In this document: one piece after another, positions 53,801 through 64,000 of the stretch
How the letters are laid out: every line of letters starts with the position of its first letter
Numbering within the stretch: the first letter of the stretch is position 1
NCBI GenBank assembly: GCA_001643675.2
Contig: LSRY02000023.1
Coordinates: 930,001 to 994,000, forward strand
Source of the DNA: Monocercomonoides exilis PA203
Taxonomy: Eukaryota; Protista; Preaxostyla
Direction of reading: 5' to 3'
DNA length: 64,000 nucleotides
Notes under the pieces: model-generated
The model's database searches: none
Told to the model about the DNA's origin: nothing
The model's input: only the letters and a program-made list of their open reading frames with translations
Program-made: the position numbers and the translations under genes

Positions 53801-56800
53801 AAATAGCGCTTTTCCTGAAAAAGAGAAGGAAGAATAAGGTCTGAGATCAAGCATCGTCAGCAGCTTCTCCTTCTCTTCATTCACAAACCCTCTTCTCAGC
53901 ATCAAAAGAACCTGTGGAAAAGAAGAAAAATTAGAAATAAACGACAAAAGCAAAGGAAGAGGAATATATTTCTCTCTCTCTGCAGCAGATGGGAAAATTA
54001 ATATGAAGCAGATCAAATGGTGTACAAGTTGATCCAACAGGCCAGGGGCTAAATTGTGTGAGGAAAGGAACGAAAAGCAGTTTTGCTTGCGCCACTGCTG
54101 AAGTAACTGGCGATTTGATTGAGAAGAAGAAGAAGAAGAAGAAGAAGAAGAAGATTTTGTTTTCCTTTCTTTCTCTTTTCCTTTTTCTTCTTCTTCCTCT
54201 TCTTCCTCTTCCACTTTCTCAAACGGAGGGTCCACCACAAGCGACAAGACGAATTTAATTCCGTCTTCGATGATTGATTTTATCTTTGAATGAGCGTCCG
54301 AAGCAATCGCAGCCATCGCCAAGGGGTTTGTGAGTGCTTCAGAAAGGCTGCCGAGTTCGGGTTGCATTCGTGAATGGGCAGAGGAAGAGTTGGCAGTTGT
54401 CTGGGCAGAAAAGATGGGGGAAGAGAAAGAAGAAGAGAAAGAGGAAGAAGAGGAAGAGGAAGAAGAAGGTGTTTGTGTTTGTGTTTGTGTGATGTCTGGA
54501 TAATACATTCTTTTCATTGCTTCGCGAATGATGGCGCAGAGCAATGAAAAGCAGGAAAGATCTGAAAGGAGTGGAGTGAATGAGGAAGAAAACTGATGAA
54601 ATGGCTGTGAAAGAGAAAGAGAAGAAGAAGAAGAAGAAATATAAGGAGAAGAAGAAGGAGAGGAAGAAACAGAAGTTGAATGATGATCAGAAATTTCATC
54701 GTATTTGTGAATGAGACGAAAGGGAAAGGGGAATGGAGAAGAAGAAGAAGAGGAAGAAGAAGGGAAATTCAATGGAAACGAGAGATTTGAAGCATTTTTT
54801 GTTGATTTTTCTGAAATTTCAGCAATTTTCAGGAAATCCTGCAGTTGAATTGCAAGTTGTGTGGAACCAGAAAGACGAAAGCGTCGAACTCTCATCTTTT
54901 TTGAGGGAGAAGAAGAAGAAGAAGAAGAAGAGAAAGAGCGAAGAGGAGAGGAAGACAAAGATGTGAATGGAGAACGAGGAAGAGGTGATTGTGATTGTGA
55001 TTGTGATTGCGTGGTTGATAATGATGAAGTGACAGATGAAGGAGAGGAAGAAGAATATGATGATGATTGGAGTGAAAGAGAAGGAGGCGGAGGCGGAGGA
55101 GGAGGAGCAAGTGCTGGTGGGTGTGGTGATGGTGTGTGTGGTTGGGTGAATGAACGGTTGGGTGAATGAGATGGAGAAAGAGAAGAAGAAAAGGAAGAGG
55201 AAGAGGAAGAGGAGGAGGAAGAGGAAGATGATGATGATGAAGAGGGAGATGGAGGTAAATCTATAATTTGAGGAGGGCGAGTGGGCGAAGAAAGAGAGAA
55301 AGAGCGTTTGACCAATGGAGACGTACGAAGTGGTGAAGAGGAAGGTGATGATGAAGAGGAAGAGGAAGAAGAAGAAGAAGAAGAGGTTAATGAAAGAGAA
55401 TATCTTTGTTTAGAGTCTATTGCTCTGTTGTTTTTGATACTTCTGTCTTGTTGTGACGAAAGTTGCATCTGCATCTGCATTCTTCTTCCTTTTCCAACAC
55501 TTCTCTCGCTTCCACCTCTTTCTTCTCTTCCTCCTTCTCTTCCTCCTCTTCTCCTCCTCTGATTCATCCATTTCCCTTTCCCTTCTCTTTCTCTTTCTCT
55601 TTCTTTCTCTCTTTCTCTCTCTCCTTCTCCTTCTGGAAGCAAAACAAGAGAAGAATCAAAGAGCCATTCGAGACAGAAATCGAATATAATTCTCAAATCA
55701 TCCGCACTGCAGATGGGCAAAAGCTCAAAAAACAGCTTCATCATCACTTTCCCTTGCTCTTCTGTTTGTGAATTCTTGGCTCTGACTTTTCGTTTGGATG
55801 AAAGTTGTTTTAGTTCTTCTTCTGCTTCTTCTTTTGCTTCTCCTTCGTTTTCTTCGTTTTCTTCATCATTCCATGCTTCTTCTTTGAAACTTCCTTCACT
55901 AATACGTCTGATTGAATCAATATTTCCATTTTCACTCCCTTCTCTTTCTCTTCCTTCTCCTTCTCTCTCTCCTTCTTTCTCATCATTAATATTCTCATCC
56001 ACCAAAATACTATCAACTTCCACAAACTTTGCCTTCTTCTTCTCTTCAGGCGCTCCTCTTCGCCCTTTCGTCGCGTCCCACAGAAGTTTCAAGTATTGAC
56101 TGCCAATTCCTTTCACTTTCACCTTCACCTTCACCTTTTTCTTCTCCTTCTCCTTCTCCTTCTCCTTCACTTTTGATTTAGACTCAGAATTTAACTGAAC
56201 TTTTGATTGAGATTGAAATTGATTATTCGTTTTGTCTTTCTCTTCTGCCATTTTCTCGTTTTCTCTTCTTTTCTCACTCATTTTCTTCTCCTCCAGTTGC
56301 ATCGTCTGCATCTTGTTCACAGGCAATTTGTATGGCAATCGATAATTCCTCATTCTCGATGCTATTGTTGGTGCTAATTGTTCTTCTCCTCCACTTCCAT
56401 TGCTTTCTTTGGGAGAAGAAAATAAGGAGGAGGAGGAGGAGGAAGAAGAAGAAGAAGAAGAAGAAGAAGGAATATCATTCAATTTATCTTTCTTTTCTCT
56501 TTCGCTTGTTTCTTCTGTGCTTTCATTAACAGAATTTGTCCAGAAATTTCCTCTCACTCCTTTCATAAACTTCCCCACGCTTCCTCTTTTCAGAATCTTC
56601 ATCATCTTCTGCCTGTTTCTTCGTTGATATTCCCTATAGCTTTCTTCTTTTCCTTCTCCTTTTTTTTCTCCTTTTTTATCATCATTTTTATCTTCTTTAT
56701 TAAAATCACCTTCTTCTTCTTCTTCTTCTTCCTCCTCCTCCTCTTCTCCTTCTTCCTCCTCTCTCCATTCTTCTCTTTCCCCCAGCCAGCACATCCTCTT

Positions 56801-59378
56801 CACCAGCAGCGCCATCTTCTCCGCCACTTCTTTCGTCCATTTGTTCTCACCAAACGTGTTCTTCATAACAGAATGGCGAGACAAAAGCTGAAGAAACGCC
56901 TTTTGTGTAGTGGCAATAGACTTGTCTAATGCACTGACTGACTCAGAGGAATAAGAGGAGGAAAAGGAAGAAGAAGAAGAAGAAGAAGAAGAATTAAATG
57001 AATACACGTTATCCTTTGAGGAGATGGATGAGTGGACTGCAGAAGGCTTCAGAATTGAAGAAGAGGAAGTTTTGCTGCTTTCTGAAGATGGCTTAGTCAG
57101 CTGATGGGAATCGGGTGGAGTTGAAACAGAAGATAAACCTATTGAAGAAGAAGAGGAGGAAGAAGATGGAGAAGAAGGTGAATGAAAACTATCATCCACA
57201 TTACTAGCAGAAGAAGAAGAAGAAGAAGAAGACTTCTGGTGAAACCGGAGCGAAGGAAACGAGAATCTTGATTTTGGAGTGTTTTGTGGAGAGAACGAAG
57301 AAGAGGAATAAGAACGAGTCAATTTGTGTTTTTCGTACAGCTGGCTGTCAGGTGTGGAGGAGCGCTGGGGCTCGAGATAAGGAGAGGAAGTGCGGGTGGA
57401 GGAAGGGAGGGGTGTCATTGAGCGAAGAGGAGAAGAAGAAGAGGAGGAGGAGGAAGAAGAATTTAAAGAAGGAAATGCATGTGGCATAAAAGGAGGAAGA
57501 GAAGAAGTTGATTCAGAAGGGTGGAGCAGCATCGAGGGCGAGGCAGAATGAACCGGAACAGGGGAAAATGGCCTTCCACCTGAAATGTTTGGAGAAGACA
57601 AGCCAGATCCGCCCACAGCTCCTCCACCAACGCCAAATCCGCTGCCCCTCGCATACGGCGATGATACGCTTCCACTTCCACTTCCGATTCCTCCTCCAAT
57701 CCCTCCTATTCCAATTCCTCCTCCTACACCACTTCCTCCACCTCCTCCTCCACCACCTCCTCCTCCAGCCATCGCAGCCGCTGCCGAAGCTGCTGCTGCT
57801 GCTGCCAGTGCTTCTAGTTCAAGGTCGTTCTCCTCTTCCATCTTCGCGTCCACCCACATCCTCACGTCCCTCCCGCAGAATGTGCGTGCCAGCTGCTCTG
57901 CACCAGCAGCCTTCTTCTGTTTGGAGGCTGCTGTTAAGAGAGAAGAGCAGAGAATAAACAGAGTCGACTCGAGCGATTCACGAAGCACTTGAAGCTGGTC
58001 TGGTGGAGACAAGGCAAGGGAAAGATACTCGGCTGTCTGGAAGAGATGGAAGAGGTTTGGTATTTCGCTGGAGAACACGTCGTTCAAATTGAGAGGGAGA
58101 GGAACAGAGGCAGAGGAAGAAGAAGAAGAAGAAGAAGAAGAAGAAGAAGAAGAAGAAGAAGAAGAAGAAGAAGAAGAAGAAGAAGAAGAAGAAGAAGAGG
58201 AAGAGGAAGAAGAAGAAGAAGAAGAAAAGAGACCAGAAGAGGACGACAGATGAAGAGACATTGGTCTTCCAGCAGAGTTGCGAAAAGGCAACTTTGTGTT
58301 TATGCGATGTTTGTTCTTCATCTCAGCTTTTGCTGTTGCTGTTGCAGTTGTTGTGGCTGTGGCGCTGTTGAGGAAGCGGACGAGGCTGAACTGGAGCGGC
58401 GCAAGGGGAACAGACGGAACAGGCCCGTAGAAGCGCACGGCGAGTTCGAAGGGGGCAAGCAGGGCCTCCAGACGAGTGACAGATACACAGTGGGGCATTT
58501 GTGGTGTCAATGGCAATGTGAGGGAATCGTGTCGAATGGACGCATCGGTCGATGGTGGAAGGTCATTCGAAGTTTGGCGAAATGTCCCCATTTCTTTCTG
58601 AATAGCAGCCCATAGAACGTCATATCCATTCAATAAAAACAGGCTTCTTAATGCAGCTTCTTTGAATGATGATAACTCTCCAAATGCGTTACCAAAGGCC
58701 ATTTCATTCGGATTTTCTTGATTTCCGCGAGCGTTGCCATCCGTCTTTCCAAAAGTTTGAGTTCCAAAAGTAACTCTTGGATCAAAAATTGTTCCGATAG
58801 CAATGCATGCATCATCATTATTTCCATAAGAATTGATGTAATCAAGCAAAAAAATAATAATTGGATGAAGGCTTTCGCATATTGATTTCCACGTAAACTC
58901 TGAAATTGTTCTAAATTTGGTTATAAATTAAACACGTGATTAAAAAATTGTCAGCAGACTTTGCAAATGATCTATTTTGAATAATGCTGAAAAGCTTTGT
59001 AACCGACTGAAATAATTGTTTATTTGTTAAAAATGACAATTTATCGTGTTTTTCGCTTTTCATTATTGAACAAAAAGCTGATAAGGCCACTGAGCTTGTT
59101 ATTATCTCGGATTCTTTTTATATTTATCGAAAATAATTCCAGAAAAAACAAATAAATAATATTAAAACGAAAAATAATAAAACATGTGATAGTGTTCTAT
59201 AATAATATGTACCATTTTGTACCGAGCGATGAGGAGTAATTTCTCGAATTGATTCAAGAAATGCATTTTCATCATTAAGAAGCTGCTTATACTCTAGTTT
59301 TCTCGATAATAAAAATAATATAAAATAAATCTAATTCAAACTCTCAACGTGAAAATCGAAAATGGATTGTGTGGCCAT
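26855..59378 (-). CDS. Giant USP9X/USP24/USP34-like ubiquitin-specific protease (~10,800 aa), probably catalytically impaired
   Basis: 10,664-aa stop-free ORF. Cys box GLVNLGATCYFNAVIQQLF (Cys 43751-53), QIDADEFL, LFGGEMV, GENAVECQQC, KLPNTLIFHLKRF, His box LSGIICHEGEAEGGRYYSLV, WIRFDD, AYLLFY. Family-like flanking motifs WRILSFLPT, LYALRAIE, WFVENGGL and SSRNAAFILLLCL. Three short phase-compatible 5' exons extend it to ATG 59378 (MATQSIFDFHVEKYKQLL...). A GTGAGT donor at ~26880 may add a tiny terminal exon. Confidence 0.9.
52325..52432. repeat. 12-mer tandem repeat (GATGAGGATGAC)n encoding poly-Ser in the USP gene
   Basis: Directly visible. On the minus strand the codons cycle TCA-TCC-TCA-TCG. 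Confidence 0.85.
58116..58226. repeat. Long (GAA)n trinucleotide run encoding poly-Ser in the USP gene
   Basis: Roughly 27 perfect GAA units followed by imperfect units. Confidence 0.9.
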
Positions 59379-59858
59379 TCACTCAAAAAAAAATAAGTGA
59401 TCCAATCCTATAAATGAATATTTTTTCTTTTTGAGAAAAGATTAAAAAATACAAGTATTCTGAAGAGCATAATGTAAACAATATATTCTTTTTTTGAATA
59501 TATACAAAGTGAGAGGCAATATTCAACTTTCATTTTTTGATTTTTTTAAAAAAATGAAAAAATCGTACATTATTTTTTTCGTAAAAATATGCAAAAGAGA
59601 AATTCAAATTTTTTTTATTTTATTTTCATTTTTTTTTAAGGAATGAAATAATAACACTTTTAGTATTTTTGAATTGAATTATCAAAACTCAGAAATGATG
59701 ACAAACGTTTCTGACTTAAAACTCAAGTTGAAATTTTGAAAAAAATGGTTACATTAAATAGCAATGAAAGAATTATGATGTTGTGAAGATTATTTTTAAA
59801 TATTTTTTATCTTATTTTTTGTTCTTCCGCCCTTTATTAATATTAGTTGAAGATTTGA

Positions 59859-61633
59859 ATGAATGAGGCTGAAAATGAAAAAGAAAAGGAAATGGTTCAG
59901 TTTGAGTTGATGCATAGATGCCTTTGTGTGCATTTTTAATTATTCTGCAGATTTGTTAAATTTTGTTTTCCCTTAGCAATTCATGGAACTGACTCAGCTT
60001 TGCCAAGCATTCTTCTCCTTTTATCTTTCATTTGCGCCCTCTTAGCCTTTTTTTTAATTGTTACTGAATTTCAAAAATCGCAAAAGAAAAGGAGCTTTTT
60101 TAAAATTGGAACTCTTTTGTCCAATTTTTTATGCATGATGATATTACTTATAAACATGATTGTTCCGCTTCCTTTCAATTTAAACAGCGGATTATTTTTT
60201 TGTGCATATTCATTTGATATTCTGTTTTATACTGCTTGGGGTTTCAATTTGTTAACTGCATGGAACGCTACTGCAAAATCATTATGGAAAAAAAATCATA
60301 ATCTTGCAACAAAAATTCTGACAATTGGACTTTGGATTTCATTCATAGGCGGAAATGTTTTTTTGTTGTGCTGTAGCTTGTATGATTCAATTGACACAAG
60401 TCATAATCGTGCAGAACCTAAAAAGAGAATTTTTTTAGATATTCGTGTTCTATATGTTGATGCTGTTTACATTTTTTATTCTTTTCTAATTGACGGAGCT
60501 CTTCTATGGATTTGGAAATTTAAGGTTCAGAAGAATAGTCATTCAGAGCAAATGATTCGATTTAGACATAGCGTGATGGCTTATTCTGGAATGATGCTTT
60601 TTCTTACAATCCTTTTTGTCGCTGTAATGATTTTGAATTGTGAATTCTATTTTCAAAGTGGTTTTATATTAAAGGAAAATGAAGTTCGTGATTGTAAAAA
60701 TGTAAGTTTTGATGATCACGACCATTGGTATGCTATTCAAAACTGTTAACCATTAAATTTATATTCATTTTCAACAACTATTGTTTTTATTCTTTTTTTC
60801 TCAGCAAACCAACAATCAACAGAAAAAGTGCATATAGATTGACAACGACGATCTTTCCAGTGACTCTGTATCTTGGGATGTCGATGGTTATCTACCTGAT
60901 TGGCATATCTGCAAAAAAGGGAAGGAGAACGCCTTCTTCTGGAACAAGAGAGCGAAATCATCAGGCAAGCAAGCATAAGCAAACGCTTTCCATGCCTCTT
61001 CTTGAAGACGGGAAACCAAGCCAAAGAGAAAGGATTGGAGGGCATGGAGAAGATAACAGAAGCTTGAGAAGGAATCGTCGTCGTCAGTATCATGCTTCCA
61101 CTATCCAAGGAAATGGATCGGGCGAAGGGTATGAAAATAATGCATATTCGACAGCAAATCTTTCATTGAAATCAAATACAATACATTCCATTCCAATATC
61201 ATTTGGCTCGTCGCCCAGTTCGTCTCCTGTGCTGTATTCTTCTTCTTTGAATGAGGAAGAGTCGTTTGAAACTGACGAAAAAGAAAGTTTAGCTTCAATA
61301 ACTTCTCCAAGTTTTCCTTTATCATTCAGCCTGAGTGGAGAAAGTGATTATCGAGGAAATAAACTGGAAAGGCATTTTGAATCGGATCTGGAGACTGAAT
61401 CATTGGCGATGTCAATGATGACTATGAATTCGTTCTCAGAAGATGAAAATGAAGTTGAAAAAGAAGAAAAGCTCATATTATCACAAAAGAAGAAGAAGAA
61501 AAAGAAGAAAAAGAAAAAGAAAAAGAAGTTTCCTGGAGAAGTATCTATCACAACAGAAAATGAAGAAATAACATACGGATGTTTGACTGACGGAGCAGAA
61601 TGCAACGAATCAAGTTCTGTAACTGATATTTAG
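59859..61633 (+). CDS. Seven-transmembrane (GPCR-like) protein with long Ser/acidic C-tail, 3 exons (59859-59899, 59951-60727, 60805-61633)
   Basis: Phase-2 introns CA|GTTTGAG...CAG|A and TG|GTATGC...CAG|C join the ORFs in frame. Six hydrophobic segments lie in ORF 60000 and a seventh (TTIFPVTLYLGMSMVIYLIGIS) in the last exon. Confidence 0.7.
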
Positions 61634-64000
61634 GGAAATGGGTTGTTTGATATGTGTTTGCATTTTTTGATCATTTGAAAGCTAAAAGTTGAGTTAATAC
61701 GGAATGTCATTTCAATTTCGAAAATTATAAATTTATCATGAAATAAAAACTCTGTTGATTATTGTGTTTAAAATATTTTTTTTTAATTTTTGTCTGAATT
61801 TTTGCACCAATTTTCAATCATATTTTTGTTACAGAACGTTTTGAGGTAATTTATTTACATTTTTAAAAGAATATGATTGCAATTATGACTTTATAAGTTA
61901 TGAATTGTTGAGTTATTAAGAAATATATACTTTATAAATTTTTAAAAGCAAATATGTTAAATTTTAAATTGTAATTTGAGAACATTAATCAAAAATCTAA
62001 TTGGTGCATACTTTTAGTTTTGTTGGAAAAAAATAGTAATTCTGAATATTTCTCGATTATATGTGTCTGATACTTTTGAAAATCAATTTTTTTTTTGAGA
62101 TCAGATAAATATTTATTTCTCAAAGAGAAAACAGAGGTTTGTTTCCTTTTGAATGAACAATAAAAATAATAATTCTTTCAAGTGTTTTAAGCTTTTTTCT
62201 AATGATTCCCTTTCAAATAAATTAATATCAAAACTCCAACTAAAGAAAGATAAAAAAAGAATCAAATAAATGGGTTGAAATTTTTTGCTTTATGAATTGT
62301 GCTCAACTTGATTGAAATGAATTTTTTTAACTTTCTATTTTCTTTTTTTTTCTATTTTCCATTTTCTTTCTTTCTTTCTTTTCTTTTCTTTTCTTTTTTT
62401 GTATTGGAACGATGGACTTAAATTGATAATATGAAGAAAAAGTCAGTTGTAAAGCAGGGTTTTTTTCGAAATTTCAAAAATTAGGCCCAATATCTTTATT
62501 GAACAAACAATGTGGGTGACTATTTTTGAAATCATAACTCTTTTCGGGAATAAAGAATGTACCAAGTTTTTTGATTATTAGCCTCTAAATATTTAAACAA
62601 ATGTTGAATTCATTAAAATAACTACAAAAGCCAATGATGGATTAGAAAAAATAAACATAGGAATAATTATATAACAACAGTCCTTTTCAGTATTCTTGAG
62701 TTAATATTTCATAACAAATATTATAACCAGAATATTTAGATATAACAAATGTGATTTCAAAAATAATTACACACATTTTACCAAAAAAAGGATGAAAAAC
62801 AGGGAAAAAAAACAAAAAAAAAAAAAAAAAAGGGGGTGGGGGGGGGGGGGAGGGAATAAACAGACGATAGTGAAAACGGAAAGAGGCAACTGAAAGGATC
62901 GCAGTTTTTTTCGTTTTATCCATGAATTAATTACAAAAAAATGCAATGTTAAGATTTTTCAAATGTGTTAGGTGAACAATTACGAATAGAAAAAAATCAA
63001 AAATGACTAAATGATTTTTTATTCACATCTGAATTTTCATGGGTTTTTTTTCAAATCTCATTTCAAAATTTATAAAATTATCATCTTCCTCAACAATTGT
63101 GTATAGCACAAATATACATATTTGAAAACCTTTGAATTTCCTTTAATTGTTATTCAAGCAACTTTTTTAAATTTTTGTTGAAAAATTTCAATTAGGGTGT
63201 TTTTTTTTGAAATCATAAAAAAAGATCAAAAATCGAAAAAACAAAAACAATTGTGGTATTTATTGATCAAAGACAAAATTTGATTTTTTGCAAGTGAAAA
63301 GCAATTTTTCTGTGATAAATAATTGTTTTATTGCTATATTCAAAAAAGCAAACCTATTTGACATTTTTAATGAAAAAGAATTCACCAAAAATATTAAAAG
63401 AATATATTACGCACTCATCAAAAAGGAAATTGAAGTTTCCAGACTTTATAAACAGTTCTTATAAATGAAAAATAATATTGATAGATATTAATATATAAAA
63501 TTGGTTTGTTCAAAATGGTATGCAATGCGTTTTAAATTAATTGATGTGAAACTTCATCACAAAGTTCCTGTCATTGCTGCGCAGTTCAACGACTTATTAT
63601 AACAATGAACGAAACGGCAGCGAAACAACAATGGACGATGACAATGGAGTCAATTCCACTTTTCTTTCCTTATTATTCTTATGAAATGATATTCAAGCAT
63701 TCTTCTTCATCCGCTGCCCATCTTTCTTCTGTTTTTGCTCCACTTCATCTGAATCCCCCATTTGAAAATGCTGCTCATGTGGGTGATTTTTTTTGATATC
63801 ATAAAAAATTCCGAAGTTTGATCTAAAATATTTTTCATTAAGGGTGGGGTTGAAAAGGAAATATTTTTGTCAAATTATGCGAAAATAAAGTTTTAAATAT
63901 TATTATAATAGATTATTTGTTGATTTTAATTTGTTTCCAATAGTTTTTATTTCAAATATCGAAAAATAAAAATTATTTATTAAAAAAAAACCGAAAATTT

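Noticed and set aside
26809-58845. More than 100 short + strand and alternative-frame ORFs overlapping the giant gene
   Set aside because: Shadow ORFs produced by stop-poor GAA/TCT low-complexity sequence; they show no independent motifs.
62780-62860. Poly-A/poly-G stretch as a G-quadruplex or as ORF 62687-62923
   Set aside because: Looks like low-quality or homopolymer-inflated sequence; the ORF is just translated homopolymers.
1-64000. CRISPR arrays, rRNA, tRNA, prokaryotic operons
   Set aside because: None seen. The repeats are simple microsatellites and the genes contain spliceosomal introns.

Overview
AT-rich eukaryotic (protist) genomic DNA with short GT-AG spliceosomal introns, standard genetic code and extreme poly-Ser/poly-Glu coding. 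By inference from the gene families and style it resembles an oxymonad such as Monocercomonoides; this is not verified. Left arm (1-14.7 kb): a lineage-specific repeat-family gene, a 3-exon cyclin Y/PHO80-like gene, a 7-exon TMEM62-like metallophosphoesterase-membrane gene and a 3-exon helical-repeat gene. Middle (14.9-26 kb): a transposon cluster. It holds a complete 5,680-bp hAT element (15-bp TIRs, 8-bp TSD) whose transposase is split at a T-TTT-TTA slippery heptamer and which carries a host pseudokinase-like gene fragment. It also holds a dead 2,124-bp Tc1/IS630-type element (TA TSD), a hairpin cluster and a degenerate GC-rich coding relic. Right half (26.9-59.4 kb): one giant USP9X/USP24/USP34-like ubiquitin-protease gene (~10,800 aa) with a stop-free ~32-kb exon and Arg in place of the catalytic His. 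It lies head-to-head with a 7-TM GPCR-like gene.
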